Below, piece after piece: positions 18,264 to 31,205 of a stretch of 64,000 nt of DNA. Position 1 is the stretch's first letter. Each line of letters begins with the position of its first letter. A program made the position numbers and the translations under genes. Source of the DNA: Candidatus Oxydemutator sp. (lineage in GTDB: Bacteria; Pseudomonadota; Gammaproteobacteria; Poriferisulfidales; Oxydemutatoraceae). The stretch covers positions 480,001 through 544,000 of the forward strand of contig OZ241883.1 in the NCBI GenBank assembly GCA_965203445.1, in the 5' to 3' direction. The notes under the pieces are model-generated. The model was not told the DNA's origin. It made no database searches and worked only from the letters and a program-made list of their open reading frames with translations.

Positions 18264-18830
18264 ATGGCGATCAAATCCGACGCCTGGATACGCAGGATGG
18301 CGCGCGAGCACGGCATGATCGAGCCGTTCGCGCCGCGGCAGGTGTCGCGTCGGGACAACGGCAAGGTCGTCTCCTACGGCACCTCGAGCTACGGCTACGA
18401 CGTGCGTTGCAGCAACCATTTCAAGGTGTTCACGAACATCCATTCGGCCATCGTTGATCCCAAGGCGTTTGACGAGGAGAGTTTCGTCGCGATGGATACG
18501 GACGTGTGCCTCATCCCGCCCAACTCGTTCGCGCTGGCGAGCACGGTCGAGTATTTTCGCATCCCGCGCTCGGTGCTGACGGTGTGCGTCGGCAAGTCCA
18601 CCTACGCCCGCTGCGGCATCATCGTCAACGTGACGCCGCTGGAGCCGGAATGGGAGGGGCACATCACGCTGGAGTTCTCGAACACGACGCCGCTGCCGGC
18701 CAGGATCTACGCCAACGAGGGTGTCGCGCAACTGCTGTTTTTCGAGTCCGACGAGACGTGCGAGACGTCGTACAAAGACCGCGACGGCAAATACCAGAAG
18801 CAGACCGGGGTCACGTTGCCGGTCGCCTGA
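18264..18830 (+). CDS. dcd: dCTP deaminase
   Basis: [19 protein letters not shown] and TPLEPEWEG. Confidence 0.98.
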   Translation: MAIKSDAWIRRMAREHGMIEPFAPRQVSRRDNGKVVSYGTSSYGYDVRCSNHFKVFTNIHSAIVDPKAFDEESFVAMDTDVCLIPPNSFALASTVEYFRIPRSVLTVCVGKSTYARCGIIVNVTPLEPEWEGHITLEFSNTTPLPARIYANEGVAQLLFFESDETCETSYKDRDGKYQKQTGVTLPVA

Positions 18831-19217
<387 letters not shown>

Positions 19218-19243
19218 CGGCGCGCGCGAAAGGCTTTCGGCCC

Positions 19244-19330
19244 ACCCTCTCCTATGGGGGAGAGGGTTACGTTACGGGCCGGCGGACGACTTCTCCCGGA
19301 GGGAGAGGGTGGCCGCAGGCCCTCGCCCCT
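19244..19330. repeat. Pair of REP-like palindromes between convergent genes
   Basis: ACCCTCTCC-tatggg-GGAGAGGGT at 19244-19267 and TCTCCC-gga-GGGAGA at about 19292-19306. Confidence 0.7.
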
Positions 19331-19829
19331 ACCAGCGCGCCTTGTCCCACATTTGCGGGTTGGCCCAGAAGCGGCTGCTGAGCCATTCGGGGACGTCCTT
19401 GTAATCGAAGATGTCGAAGTAGTACAGGCGCCCGCCCGCGGCCGCGCCCTCGTCGGGGTAGGTGCGCAGCAGGCGCAATCCGAGCGCGCGCACGCGGCGG
19501 TCGTCTTGAACCGATACCGCTTGCGGCCGGTACAGATAGACGCGCTCGCAATCGAGGTCGCGCAGGCGCGAGATCAGCTGCTCGAACGACGCCGGCGCGA
19601 CGTCCGTCGCGCCGCAGGCGACGATGCCTACCGAGAATTTGCGCGCCGCGCGCGGCGCCTCGAGATACTCCGCCGGACCGCGCCAAGCCAGTTTGTCGCG
19701 CCCGCTGCGCGCTTCGCAAAGCCGCGACGCCCATTCCTCGCGCGCGCTCAGCAACAACGCGCGGGCGTGCGGCGCGGCCAGGGTGTCGGCTATGATGCGC
19801 CGCAGATCATCGCGCGCGCCGCGCGTCAC
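19329..19829 (-). CDS. DUF6231-like conserved hypothetical protein
   Basis: C-terminal FDIFDYKDVPEWLSSRFWANPQMWDKARW; GTGA overlap with the rnd stop. Confidence 0.75.
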   Translation of the reverse strand: MTRGARDDLRRIIADTLAAPHARALLLSAREEWASRLCEARSGRDKLAWRGPAEYLEAPRAARKFSVGIVACGATDVAPASFEQLISRLRDLDCERVYLYRPQAVSVQDDRRVRALGLRLLRTYPDEGAAAGGRLYYFDIFDYKDVPEWLSSRFWANPQMWDKARW

Positions 19830-20929
19830 GTTTCCTCGAGCAAGGCCGCAACCCGCTCCCCGAGCAGATGCGTCCGCCAGCCGTGCAGCAGCGGCGCGTC
19901 CGTGCGCGCTTCTTCCGGGCGCACCAACTGCGTCAGTTGCCTGCGCGTCGCCAGCAGCGACGGTTCGATCGTATGTTCGGCCGCGATCTCGCGCACCAGC
20001 CGCACCAATTCGTCCACCAGCACCTGGCGTTTTGCATCGTACTTCTTCGGCGGCGTTTCGTCGCCGTCGCCGACCGGTGCCAGCAACGCCTCGATTTCGC
20101 GCGCCCACGCCCCGAGGCGCCGGCTGCGGCACGCGGCGATCTTTTCTATCGCAGCCGCTTTCGCCGGGCGCATCAGCGCCAGTTCGATCAGGCAGTCGTC
20201 GCTCATCAGCCAGCGTCGCGGCAAGTCGGCTTTTTGCGCCTTTTGCTCGCGCCACTGCGCCAGCAGCCGCAGGCGGCGCTGGTCGGAGGGGCGTTTTAAG
20301 CGCCCGCGCCCGCCGACCTTCTGCCATACGTCGTCGGTGCCACGCTCCGCCGCGGCTTGCAGATTGCACCGGCTCTCCTCGGCAAACCACTCCTGCTTGC
20401 CTTGGCGGCGCAGCCGCCGCTCCAGGTCTCGTTGCAGCGAACGCAGATGGACGACGTCGCAGGCCGCGTAGCGCATTTGTTCCGGCGACAACGGGCGTTG
20501 CAGCCAGTCGGATCGAGTGCAGTCTTTGTCGACGCCGACGGCGAGACACGCCATGACCAGCTGCTTGTAACCGACCTGGTAGCCGAGACCGACGAAGGCC
20601 GCGGCCAGTTGCGTGTCGAACACCGGCGCCTTGACCGGGCACTCGAGGCGTTCGAGCACCTCGTAGTCCTGTTGCGCGCCGTGGATGATTTTCAGGATTG
20701 CGCCGTCGGCCAGCAAGCGGCGCAACGGCGACAGATCGGACACCGCGGTGGGATCAATCAGCGCCACTTTTTCGGCGTTTTCGCCGGTCGCAATCTGCAC
20801 CAGCGCCGGGCGCGGGTAATAGGTTTTCTCGCGCACGCACTCGGTGTCGAGCGCAAGCCACCGCGTGCGCGCGGCAAGGTCGCAGATTTGTGATAACGCG
20901 GCGCCGTCGTCGACAAAAGCGATCCGCAT
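19826..20929 (-). CDS. rnd: Ribonuclease D
   Basis: ALDTE..REKTYYP, FDTQLAA, SDWLQRPLS, YAACDV and HRDC region. Confidence 0.95.
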   Translation of the reverse strand: MRIAFVDDGAALSQICDLAARTRWLALDTECVREKTYYPRPALVQIATGENAEKVALIDPTAVSDLSPLRRLLADGAILKIIHGAQQDYEVLERLECPVKAPVFDTQLAAAFVGLGYQVGYKQLVMACLAVGVDKDCTRSDWLQRPLSPEQMRYAACDVVHLRSLQRDLERRLRRQGKQEWFAEESRCNLQAAAERGTDDVWQKVGGRGRLKRPSDQRRLRLLAQWREQKAQKADLPRRWLMSDDCLIELALMRPAKAAAIEKIAACRSRRLGAWAREIEALLAPVGDGDETPPKKYDAKRQVLVDELVRLVREIAAEHTIEPSLLATRRQLTQLVRPEEARTDAPLLHGWRTHLLGERVAALLEET

Positions 20930-20976
20930 GAACTGGGGCCCCAAAGAAGGACGCGACGTGTATCGTTCGCCGGCCC

Positions 20977-21132
20977 TTACTTGATCTTGGCTTCCTTATA
21001 GAGGACGTGTTTGCGCACGACGGGATCGTATTTCTTGATCTCCATCTTCTCGGCGTTGGCGGTCTTTTTGCGGGTCGTCGTGTAGTAGTGGCCGGTGCCG
21101 GCGCTGGAGACGAGTTTGATCTTGTCGCGCAT
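20977..21132 (-). CDS. rpmG: 50S ribosomal protein L33 (not in ORF track)
   Basis: Manual translation [19 protein letters not shown]...[19 protein letters not shown], 51 aa. Confidence 0.97.
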   Translation of the reverse strand: MRDKIKLVSSAGTGHYYTTTRKKTANAEKMEIKKYDPVVRKHVLYKEAKIK

Positions 21133-21139
21133 GGCGCCG

Positions 21140-21376
21140 TCAGACCTTGACGCCGCGCTTGCGCAGATCGGCGAGCACGGCCTGTATGCCCTTCTTGTCT
21201 ATGATGCGCATGCCCTTGCGCGAGACGCGCAGTTTTACCCAGCGTCCTTCGTCGGGCGCCCAGAAGCGGTGCACGTGCAGGTTCGGCAAAAAGCGCCGCC
21301 GCGTCTTGTTGTGCGCGTGCGACACGTTGTTGCCGCTCATCGGCTTTTTCCCGGTTACCTGGCAGACTCTGGACAT
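21140..21376 (-). CDS. rpmB: 50S ribosomal protein L28
   Basis: [33 protein letters not shown]. Confidence 0.98.
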   Translation of the reverse strand: MSRVCQVTGKKPMSGNNVSHAHNKTRRRFLPNLHVHRFWAPDEGRWVKLRVSRKGMRIIDKKGIQAVLADLRKRGVKV

Positions 21377-21446
21377 GGTTTTGTTCCGCTGAACGCGTGA
21401 GCGTGCAAGCATACCGTATATCGGCGCTTGCCGCCAGTTCTTCTCC

Positions 21447-21470
21447 GCCCTCTCCTTAGGGGGAGAGGGC
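21447..21470. repeat. REP-like palindrome
   Basis: GCCCTCTCC-ttaggg-GGAGAGGGC. Confidence 0.65.
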
Positions 21471-21532
21471 TACATTATGGGGCGGCGGGTGGGGACGGCG
21501 GACGGTTATACTGCTCCGAAGGTATCGCGCGC

Positions 21533-22834
21533 GTGAACAAGGCTTCCTCATCCCCGAACGTATCGGCGCCGTCCGCGTGGCGGGGCGGTCGGTCGAAACC
21601 GGCGTTGTCGTGGGCGTTGTACGACTGGGCCAACTCGGCCTTTGCGGTCGTCGTGATGGCGGGCATCTTCCCGATATTTTTCCGCGATTACTGGGCGCGC
21701 GGCCTCGACGACGGCGACGTCACGCTGGCGCTCGGCGTCGCCAACTCGCTGTCCAGCCTGCTGCTGATACTGTCGGCGCCGCTGCTCGGATCAATCGCCG
21801 ACGCGATGGGCGTAAGAAAGAATCTGCTGGCCGCGTGCGCCGTGGCCTCGGCGGCGGCCACCGCCGGCTTCGCGTTCGTCGTACAGGGCGCGTGGGTCGG
21901 GGCCGCGGTGCTCTACGTGCTCGGCGTGTTTCTGTTCATGCTCGGCAACGTTTTCTACGACGCGCTGCTGGTGGACGTCAGCGAACCGCGCCGCTACCAC
22001 CGGGTATCGTCGCTCGGCTACGCGCTCGGCTACCTCGGCGGCGGTCTGGCGCTGGCGTTTTGTGCGTGGATGATCCTGCAAGCCGAGACCTTCGGCTTCG
22101 ACGACGAAAGCGACGCGATCCGCTCGTGCTTCGCGCTGGTCGCCACGTGGTGGCTGGTGTTCAGCGTGCCGCTGTTGCTGTGGGTGCGCGAGAGGGGCGG
22201 CGCCGGCGGCGGCGCGCGCGCCGGTCTCGGGCGTTTTCTAGAGACCCTGCGGCTGTTGCGCCGTCATCCGCAGGCGGCGTGGTTTCTGCTGGCCTACTGG
22301 CTGTACATAGACGGGGTGGACACCGTCATCCGCATGGCCGCCAACTACGGCCAAGTTCTCGGTTTCGGCGTGCCCGATCTGATCGCGGCGCTGCTGCTGG
22401 TGCAATTCATCGGCTTTCCCGCCACCATCGTCTATGGGCGGCTGGCCGAACGTTTCGGCGCGCGGCGGCTGATCACAGCCGGCATACTCGTGTATCTGCT
22501 GATCTGCGCGTGGGGCGCGATGGTGCAGTCCACCGCCGGTTTTTATTCGCTGGTCGTGCTGATCGGATTGACGCAGGGCGGTATCCAGGCGCAGAGCCGG
22601 TCGTTTTACGCGCACCTGGTGCCGGCGCAATACTCGGCGCAACTGTTCGGCGTCTATAATCTGCTCGGCAAGTTCGCGGCGCTGATAGGACCGCTGCTGC
22701 TCGGCATCGTCGGCAGCATCAGCGGCAGCCCGCGCCTCGGGCTGTTGTCGGTCGGCGTGCTGTTCATCGCCGGCCTGGTCGTTCTCGTGACGCGCGTGCC
22801 GCGCGACGCGGGCGAGGTGCGCGGCGCGGACTAG
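21533..22834 (+). CDS. MFS transporter, ATG22/UMF1 family
   Basis: SWALYDWANSAF, NVFYDALL, SSLGYALGYLGG and about 12 hydrophobic helices. Confidence 0.9.
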   Translation: MNKASSSPNVSAPSAWRGGRSKPALSWALYDWANSAFAVVVMAGIFPIFFRDYWARGLDDGDVTLALGVANSLSSLLLILSAPLLGSIADAMGVRKNLLAACAVASAAATAGFAFVVQGAWVGAAVLYVLGVFLFMLGNVFYDALLVDVSEPRRYHRVSSLGYALGYLGGGLALAFCAWMILQAETFGFDDESDAIRSCFALVATWWLVFSVPLLLWVRERGGAGGGARAGLGRFLETLRLLRRHPQAAWFLLAYWLYIDGVDTVIRMAANYGQVLGFGVPDLIAALLLVQFIGFPATIVYGRLAERFGARRLITAGILVYLLICAWGAMVQSTAGFYSLVVLIGLTQGGIQAQSRSFYAHLVPAQYSAQLFGVYNLLGKFAALIGPLLLGIVGSISGSPRLGLLSVGVLFIAGLVVLVTRVPRDAGEVRGAD

Positions 22835-22877
22835 GCGCGGATCAGGCGCCGCGTTCGGCGTCGGCGGCCGTCTCGAA

Positions 22878-23615
22878 CTATACTTCCGCATCCGGCCCCA
22901 GCGGCCGCTCCAGGACGCGGCCGTCGAACAGGCAACGGTCTTCCCGCATCGTGATCCTGCCGCTGCAACAGAGCGCCACGGCCTGCGGGTAGATGCGGTG
23001 TTCCTCGCGCAACACGCGCGCGGCGAGTTCCGCCGGCGTCTCGCCCGCCACCACCGCTATTTCGCTTTGCATGATCAGCGGCCCGGCGTCGAGCGCGGCG
23101 GTAACAAAGTGCACGCTGCAACCATGGCGGGTCTCGCCGGCTTCGAGCACGCGCCGGTGCGTGTCCAATCCCTTGTAGGCGGGCAGCAGCGAAGGATGGA
23201 TATTGACGATGCGCCCGACGAAGCGGCGCACGAAGTCCGCGCTCAACACGCGCATGAACCCGGCCAGCGCGATGACGTCGACGCCCGCGGCGGGCGCTCC
23301 CGATGTCGCTTCGGGCGACGCTCCCGACGTCGCTTCGGGCGACCCTCCCGGCGGCTCTCCAGGCGAGGCGTCGTCGAGGCGCGCCGCCAGCGCGCGCTCA
23401 AAATCCGACCGCGAAACGAACTCCGAGGCCGCGACGACGTGCGCAGGAACGCCGCGCCGTCTTGCCTCGTCCAGGCCGGGCGCACCGCGCCGGTCGCTGA
23501 TGACTTGGCTGATGCGCCCGCCCAGACGCCCGTCTGCGGCCGCCTCCATCAACGCGCGCGCGTTGCTGCCGCGTCCCGAGAGCAGGATTGCGACTTGCCT
23601 GCCGCGCTCAGTCAT
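22878..23615 (-). CDS. purN: Phosphoribosylglycinamide formyltransferase with low-complexity insertion
   Basis: SGRGSN, LAGFMRVL, NIHPSLLP and GCSVHFV..LDAGP. Confidence 0.96.
   Translation of the reverse strand: MTERGRQVAILLSGRGSNARALMEAAADGRLGGRISQVISDRRGAPGLDEARRRGVPAHVVAASEFVSRSDFERALAARLDDASPGEPPGGSPEATSGASPEATSGAPAAGVDVIALAGFMRVLSADFVRRFVGRIVNIHPSLLPAYKGLDTHRRVLEAGETRHGCSVHFVTAALDAGPLIMQSEIAVVAGETPAELAARVLREEHRIYPQAVALCCSGRITMREDRCLFDGRVLERPLGPDAEV
23295..23366. repeat. In-frame 24-bp tandem repeat (2 near-perfect copies + 1 degenerate) inside purN
   Basis: CGCTCCCGAYGTCGCTTCGGGCGA twice, encoding SPEATSGA repeats. Confidence 0.85.
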
Positions 23616-24666
23616 AAAGGACGGACGGCCGTTCCTCGTCGCCCTTCTCGATCTCGCCGATCACGCGGGCCGCAAACCCTCGTTGCCCGACGTCGCGCAC
23701 CACGCCGTCGCAGTCGTCGCCCGCGACGATGAGCGCCATGCCGATGCCGCAGTTGAAGACGCGCAACATTTCGGCTTCCTCGATTTGCCCCTCGCGTTGC
23801 AGCCAGTCGAATATGCGCGGGCGCGTCCACGCCTTGGTAAAAACGCGCGCGTGGTGAAACGGCGGCAGCACGCGCGGCAGATTGGCGCTTACGCCGCCGC
23901 CGGTGATATGCGCCAGCGCGCGCACGCGCCCCTGCTCGATCAGCGGCAGCAGCGCCCGCACGTATATATGTGTCGGCGTGAGCAGGGTCTCGCCCAAGGT
24001 GGCGCCAGTGGCGTCGTCGAAGGGCGCGTCGAGGCGCGCGCCGTTGTCGTCCATAATTTTGTGGATCAGCGAGAAGCCGTTCGCGTGCACGCCGCTCGAC
24101 GCGACGCCGACGACGGCCTGGCCCGCGGCGACGCCCGCGGGCGTCGGCAGGCGGTCTTTCTCGGCCAGACCGACGGCGAAGCCGGCGAGATCGTATTCGC
24201 CGTCCGGATAGCATCCGGGCATCTCGGCGGTCTCGCCCCCGACCAGCGCGGCGCCGGCCATGCGGCACCCTTCGGCGATGCCGGCAACGACCGCCTCGGC
24301 CGTCACCACGTCGAGCCTGCCGCACGAGAAGTAATCGAGAAACAGCACCGGTTCGCCGCCCTGCGCCAGGACGTCGTTTGCGCACATCGCGACCAGGTCT
24401 ATGCCTATGGTGTCGTGCCTGCCGAGACGTTGCGCCAGTCTCAGCTTCGTGCCGACGCCGTCGGTCGCGGTCAGGATCAGCGGCTTGCGGTAGCGCCCCG
24501 CGGGCGGCTCGAACACCGAGGCGAAACCGCCGATGCCGCCGACGACGCCCGGCCTGCGGGTGCTTTCGCACAGCGGGCGGATGGCTTTTACCAGCGCGTC
24601 GGCGGCGTCGAGACGCACGCCGGCGTCGCGGTAGGTCGTCGCTCGTCGGGATTGTTTCGCGGTCAT
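23608..24666 (-). CDS. purM: AIR synthase
   Basis: TDGVGTK, DLVAMCAND, GGETAEMPG, HITGGG and FNCGIG. Confidence 0.98.
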   Translation of the reverse strand: MTAKQSRRATTYRDAGVRLDAADALVKAIRPLCESTRRPGVVGGIGGFASVFEPPAGRYRKPLILTATDGVGTKLRLAQRLGRHDTIGIDLVAMCANDVLAQGGEPVLFLDYFSCGRLDVVTAEAVVAGIAEGCRMAGAALVGGETAEMPGCYPDGEYDLAGFAVGLAEKDRLPTPAGVAAGQAVVGVASSGVHANGFSLIHKIMDDNGARLDAPFDDATGATLGETLLTPTHIYVRALLPLIEQGRVRALAHITGGGVSANLPRVLPPFHHARVFTKAWTRPRIFDWLQREGQIEEAEMLRVFNCGIGMALIVAGDDCDGVVRDVGQRGFAARVIGEIEKGDEERPSVLYD

Positions 24667-24875
24667 TTCGCCGGATGTTGCCGGATGTTGCGTTTGGGGG
24701 CTACAATGCCTATCCTGCGCGGTGCCCGCCTTAGGTCCATGCAGCGCGACGCCGCGATGAACCCGTGTTTGAGCAGCCTGACTTTCGTTTTATCACCGCC
24801 CGTTCCGGGCACGCAAGCCCGCGCGAGTTGCGAATTATATAGGCAAATCAACTCCCCCGGCGGCTTAGACACAAA

Positions 24876-25465
24876 GTGTTCCAGGCAAGACATATCCCGA
24901 ACCTGATAACCGGCTTGCGGCTCGCGCTGACGCCGGTGCTGGTGTTCCTGCTGCTGGATCGGAACTTCCGCGTCGCGTTCCTGCTGCTGTTGCTGCTCGG
25001 TTTGTCCGACGCGCTCGACGGTTTCCTGGCGAAACGCCGAGACTGGCGCAGCCGCATCGGGGAGTTCCTCGATCCGGTGGCCGACAAACTGATGCTGATC
25101 GGCGCCTTTGTGGCGCTCGCGTGGGTCGAGCTGCTGCCGCCGTGGCTGGCGGTGTTGGTGCTGGCGCGCGACTTTATCATCATCGCCGGCGGCGTCGCCT
25201 ACCATTTCTTCATCGGGCCGTTTCAGGCGCGGCCCTCGTACATCAGCAAGATCAACACGTTTTTGCAGCTCATCCTGGTCGGCGTCGTGACGTGCGCGCA
25301 GTTCGCGGCGGTGCCCGCCCTGGCGGTGCCGGCCCTGGTCACCCTGGTTACGATGGCGACGCTTTGGAGCGGCGTCGCCTACGTCGTCGTCTGGGGGACG
25401 ATGGCCAGGAACCCGCCGCGTCGCGCCCCGCGCCGCGCCCCGCGTCGCGCCATGGGCGCCGGGCG

Positions 25466-25469
<4 letters not shown>
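24876..25469 (+). CDS. CDP-alcohol phosphatidyltransferase
   Basis: PNLIT..R and SDALDGFLAK...GEFLDPVADK. Confidence 0.92.
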
Positions 25470-26790
<1,321 letters not shown>

Positions 26791-26859
26791 TCAGCATTGC
26801 ATTGTCCTACTTTTGGCGGGGCGTTTTCAAGACGCCGCGCCGGATCGGGGAGTTCCATC

Positions 26860-27261
26860 GTGCCAATCTACGAATACGAGTGCAGCGATTGCGGACACCG
26901 CCTCGAGGTGTTGCAGTATTCCGGCGAACCCACGCTGACCGAGTGTCCGGCCTGCGCCCGGGGCACCCTCAGAAAACTGATGTCGGCGGCGGGTTTCCGG
27001 CTGTCGGGCGGCGGCTGGTACGAGACCGACTTCAAGACCGGCGGCAAACGCAACCTGGCCGGCGACGCCAAGCCCGAGGCCCAGTCCGAACCCAAGTCCG
27101 ACGCCAAGTCCGACGCCAAGTCCGAAACCAGGGGCGCGGATGCCCGACCTTCCGACAAGGGCGGTGGCGCCGGCGAGCCGAAAAAAACCTCCGGTGCGCC
27201 CGCGGCGCCGGCGAAGCCGGCGGCCAGGCCGTCGCCGTCTCCGGATAAGGGCACCGGTTGA
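26860..27261 (+). CDS. FmdB-family zinc-ribbon protein
   Basis: PIYEYECSDCGH...CPAC...GGGWYETDF; lies upstream of aspS. Confidence 0.9.
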   Translation: MPIYEYECSDCGHRLEVLQYSGEPTLTECPACARGTLRKLMSAAGFRLSGGGWYETDFKTGGKRNLAGDAKPEAQSEPKSDAKSDAKSETRGADARPSDKGGGAGEPKKTSGAPAAPAKPAARPSPSPDKGTG

Positions 27262-27291
27262 GCACGCCGCCTTCGCTTTCTTATCTTGTCC

Positions 27292-29076
27292 ATGCGCACC
27301 CATTACTGCGGCGAGGTTGACGAGACGCTCGTCGGCCGCGAAGTAGTCGTCTGCGGCTGGGTCAACCGCCGCCGCGACCACGGCGGCGTCATCTTCATAG
27401 ACCTGCGCGATCGCGGCGGGTTGTTGCAGATCGTGGCCGACCCGGCGCGTGCGCACGTGTTCGCGCTGGCCGAGAGCGTGCGCAACGAGTTCGTGCTGAA
27501 GGTCGCGGGCCGGGTGCGGCTGCGCCCGCCGGACACCGCCAACGCGGAGTTGCCGACGGGGCGCGTCGAGGTCGCCTGCGAGCGGCTCGAAATCCTGAAC
27601 GAAGCGGCGACGCCGCCGTTTCAGATGGACGACGACGACGTCAGCGAGGAAGTGCGCCTGCGTTACCGCTACGTGGATTTGCGCAAGCCGCAAATGCAGC
27701 GGCGCCTGGCGACGCGCGCCGCAATCGCGCGCACGCTGCGCGCCTTTCTCGACGACAACGGCTTTCTCGAGATCGAGACGCCGATGCTGACGCGCGCGAC
27801 GCCCGAGGGCGCGCGCGATTACCTGGTGCCTAGCCGCACCCAGGCGCACTCCTTCTTCGCGCTGCCGCAATCGCCGCAACTGTTCAAGCAACTGCTGATG
27901 ATGGGCGGTCTCGACCGCTACTACCAGATCACGCGCTGTTTCCGCGACGAGGATCTGCGCGCCGACCGCCAGCCGGAGTTCACGCAGCTCGACGTCGAGA
28001 CTTCGTTCATGGACGAGGCGCACATAACCGGCTTGATGGAGGAAATGATCAGGCGTCTGTTCCGCGACGTATTGGACGTCGAATTGCCCGATCCGTTCCC
28101 GCGCGTGACCCACGCCGAGGCGCTGCGACGCTACGGCAGCGACCGCCCCGATCTGCGCGTTCCGCTGGAGCTGACCGAGATCACCGAGTGGATGCGCGAA
28201 GTCGAGTTCCAGGTCTTCTCAGGCCCGGCCAACGACGCCGACGGGCGCGTCGCCGCGTTGCGGCTGCCCGGCGGCGCGCGCCTGACGCGCAAGGAGATTG
28301 ACGACTACACCGAATACGTCGGTCGCTACGGCGCCAAGGGTCTGGCCTACGTCAAATGCACGGAGCCGGCGCGCGGGCGCGACGGCTTGCAGTCGCCGAT
28401 CATCAAGTTTTTGCCGGACGACGTGCTCGCGCGCCTGCTACAAGCCACCGCCGCGGGCGCCGGCGACCTGCTGTTCTTCGGCGCCGGTCACCGCGACGTC
28501 GTCAACGATTCGCTGGCGGCGTTGCGCGTGCGTCTCGGGCGCGATCTCGGGTTGGCGGAGTCCGGCTGGCGTCCTTTGTGGGTCGTGGATTTTCCGATGT
28601 TCGAGTGGGAGCGGCGCGAGAAGCGCTGGCTGTCGCCGCACCATCCGTTCACCGCGCCGCGCACCGACGACCCGCGCCGGCTGCTCGACGATCCGGGCGC
28701 CTGTACGTCGCGCGCCTACGACGTCGTGATAAACGGCGTCGAATTGGGAGGCGGTTCGGTGCGCATCCACAAGCGCGCGATGCAGCAGGCCGTGTTCGAC
28801 GTGCTCGGAATCTCGCGCCGGGAGGCCGACGCCAAGTTCGGCTTTTTCCTGCGCGCGCTCGAACACGGCTGCCCGCCGCACGGCGGCATCGCCTTCGGCT
28901 TCGACCGCATGGCGTTGCTGCTGACGTCCGGGCGCTCGATCCGCGACGTGATGGCCTTCCCGAAGACGCAGACCGCCTGCTGCCCGCTGACCGAAGCGCC
29001 AGCGCCGGCGGCGGCGGAACAGCTGCGGGAATTGCACCTGAAACTCGACCAGCGTCCTGGCGATGGGAGCGGTTAG
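27292..29076 (+). CDS. aspS: Aspartate--tRNA ligase
   Basis: MRTHYCG, RRRDHGG (His typical of non-discriminating enzymes), PQSPQLFKQ and [12 protein letters not shown]. Confidence 0.98.
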   Translation: MRTHYCGEVDETLVGREVVVCGWVNRRRDHGGVIFIDLRDRGGLLQIVADPARAHVFALAESVRNEFVLKVAGRVRLRPPDTANAELPTGRVEVACERLEILNEAATPPFQMDDDDVSEEVRLRYRYVDLRKPQMQRRLATRAAIARTLRAFLDDNGFLEIETPMLTRATPEGARDYLVPSRTQAHSFFALPQSPQLFKQLLMMGGLDRYYQITRCFRDEDLRADRQPEFTQLDVETSFMDEAHITGLMEEMIRRLFRDVLDVELPDPFPRVTHAEALRRYGSDRPDLRVPLELTEITEWMREVEFQVFSGPANDADGRVAALRLPGGARLTRKEIDDYTEYVGRYGAKGLAYVKCTEPARGRDGLQSPIIKFLPDDVLARLLQATAAGAGDLLFFGAGHRDVVNDSLAALRVRLGRDLGLAESGWRPLWVVDFPMFEWERREKRWLSPHHPFTAPRTDDPRRLLDDPGACTSRAYDVVINGVELGGGSVRIHKRAMQQAVFDVLGISRREADAKFGFFLRALEHGCPPHGGIAFGFDRMALLLTSGRSIRDVMAFPKTQTACCPLTEAPAPAAAEQLRELHLKLDQRPGDGSG

Positions 29077-30190
29077 CCCGCCATCGCGCGACGCTCCGCA
29101 AGTCACCGTGCTGATGCCGGTGTACAACGGCGAACGCTTCCTCGGCGCGGCCGTCGAATCCATACTCGGCCAGACCTTCGGTGATTTCGAGCTGCTCGTC
29201 ATGGACGACGGTTCGAGCGACGCCTCGCTGGCCGTCGTCCGCGGCTACGCGGCGCGCGACTCGCGCATTCGCGTCGTTTCCAGGGAGAACCGCGGGCTGG
29301 TCGCGACGCTGAATGAAGGCATAGACCTTGCGCGCGGCGCCTATCTGGCGCGCATGGATTGCGACGACCTGAGCTTCCCCGGGCGCCTGCAAACGCAGTT
29401 CGATTTCATGCGCGCACATCCGGATCACGCGCTGTGCGGAAGCAACGCGCACGTCATCAACGCCGGCGGCCGCGTCATCAAGAAATGGTCGGTGCCGGTC
29501 GAGGACGCGCAAAGCTTCCGCGTTTTCAGTTGTTTCTCGGCGCCGTTTGCCCATTCGAGCGCGTTCATCGCCCTGGCTTGCCTGCGCGCTGGAAATTTTC
29601 GCTACAGCGAGCGTTACCCCCGCGCCGAGGACCTCGAATTGTGGGGGCGCATCTCGCGCCGCCATCCCTGCGCGCTGCTGGCCGAGCCGTTGATCGCGTG
29701 GCGCAATCACGACGACGGCGTCTGCACCAGCTTTTCGGATGAACAGATAGACGAACTCGCGCAAATCGTCGAGAACAACGTCGCCGCCGAATGGCTGAAA
29801 CTTCCCGACGACGCGTACGTCCGGCTGCTCGCGCGCGCGCGCCCGATTACGCGCGACGACGTCATCGGCGCGGCCGAGGTCTCCAATCGTCTGAGCGAGG
29901 CGTTCGAGGACTTGCCGCCGCGCGCGCGCCGCGCCGCGCGTTTTGCGTTCGGGGTTTTTCTGAGCATCATGGTCGCGGGAATCGCCCACCGCCGGGGGCT
30001 TGCCTGGGCGCACGACTTCGGCGGCCGCCTGTCGTGCCGGGGAGCGCTGGGACTGCGCCCACGCCTGTTGTTGGCGATGCCCCGATGGTTGCCCGACGCG
30101 CTCGCCTACCGCATAGAGGCGGCCGCCGTGTTCGTCTATCGCAAGGTTCTGCCGCAGGCGCGGGCGCGCCTTCAGGGACCGCGCTCGTAG
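29063..30190 (+). CDS. Glycosyltransferase family 2
   Basis: [22 protein letters not shown] and AEDLELW. Confidence 0.9.
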   Translation: MGAVSPPSRDAPQVTVLMPVYNGERFLGAAVESILGQTFGDFELLVMDDGSSDASLAVVRGYAARDSRIRVVSRENRGLVATLNEGIDLARGAYLARMDCDDLSFPGRLQTQFDFMRAHPDHALCGSNAHVINAGGRVIKKWSVPVEDAQSFRVFSCFSAPFAHSSAFIALACLRAGNFRYSERYPRAEDLELWGRISRRHPCALLAEPLIAWRNHDDGVCTSFSDEQIDELAQIVENNVAAEWLKLPDDAYVRLLARARPITRDDVIGAAEVSNRLSEAFEDLPPRARRAARFAFGVFLSIMVAGIAHRRGLAWAHDFGGRLSCRGALGLRPRLLLAMPRWLPDALAYRIEAAAVFVYRKVLPQARARLQGPRS

Positions 30191-31032
30191 GCGACGAATC
30201 CCCTTATCCTGCCGGCGGCGGACGCCGCGTAGCGCAGCGCTTCCCTGGGCCTGAAGCGCAGCAGTTGCACGAACGCGCCCGCCAGCGGTTGCAACAGCGA
30301 CAGCGCGGAATAATACAGCGCCCACAACGGCCTTGCGCGGCAGTGCTTTCTCAGCATCGCCCCCCGCCCGACGCCGTACGTGTAGTGTTTTTTTATCCAG
30401 ACCCGGAGCGCCGCCTTGCGGGCGTCGACGTCCGGATGGCGCACGCGCAGATCCGGGTGATAGACGACCGGCTTGCCGCGTTCGAGCAACCGCAGCACGA
30501 GGTCGCTCTCTTCGCTGCCGCCGTATTTCGCGCCTATGCCGAGTTGCTCGTCGAACAACCCCACTTCCACCAGGTCCTCGCGTTTGACTATCATGGACGC
30601 CAGCAGGCAGCAGTCGAAGCGGTAGAAGGTGACGGGCGTCTCCAGGGCGCCGGTGTGCCTCGAATAAGCCCGCCTGCCGTCCGGCAGCGTCACCAGGCCG
30701 CAGATGCAGGCGTGGTCGGGGTAGCGCTCGGTCAGCGCGTGTGCGGCGGCAAGGCTGCCTTTCTCGAGTATGGCGTCGTCGTCCACGAACAGCAGCCAAT
30801 CTCCCCTGGCGTGGCGGATCGCGTGATTGCGCGCCGCCGCCGCGCCTCTCGTTTCCATTGGCAGGTAGCGGTATTCGCCCCGCCGAGGCGGGACGATTTC
30901 GTGCCTGGGGCGCGACTGGTCCGCGATGATGGTCTCGAAAGGCCGCCGATAGTCCTGGGCGTCAATCGAGGCGACGAGCTCGCTCACGATCCGGTAACGG
31001 TCGCAGGTCGGTATAATGATCGAAAATTTCAT
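30172..31032 (-). CDS. Glycosyltransferase family 2
   Basis: SIIIPT..R, AAARN, FVDDD, GLFDE and SEESDLVLR. Confidence 0.88.
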   Translation of the reverse strand: MKFSIIIPTCDRYRIVSELVASIDAQDYRRPFETIIADQSRPRHEIVPPRRGEYRYLPMETRGAAAARNHAIRHARGDWLLFVDDDAILEKGSLAAAHALTERYPDHACICGLVTLPDGRRAYSRHTGALETPVTFYRFDCCLLASMIVKREDLVEVGLFDEQLGIGAKYGGSEESDLVLRLLERGKPVVYHPDLRVRHPDVDARKAALRVWIKKHYTYGVGRGAMLRKHCRARPLWALYYSALSLLQPLAGAFVQLLRFRPREALRYAASAAGRIRGFVAYERGP

Positions 31033-31205
31033 CGGCGACGGGGTGGTTCGGCGCCGCCGATTATAAGTCTTTTGTTCGGGCCTTTTGTTTCGTTCGGACC
31101 TTTTGTTCGGGCGCTGCATACTGAGCTGGCCCCGGCACCAGGGCCGCCGTTTTCGCGCCTCGTACGGTCGTTTATGACTTCCCCCCATGTACCCATCGGC
31201 CCACA

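Noticed and set aside
31069-31110. Short repeats as a possible mini-CRISPR
   Set aside because: Units are about 10 bp with no 25-45-bp repeat/spacer periodicity, and no cas genes are present.
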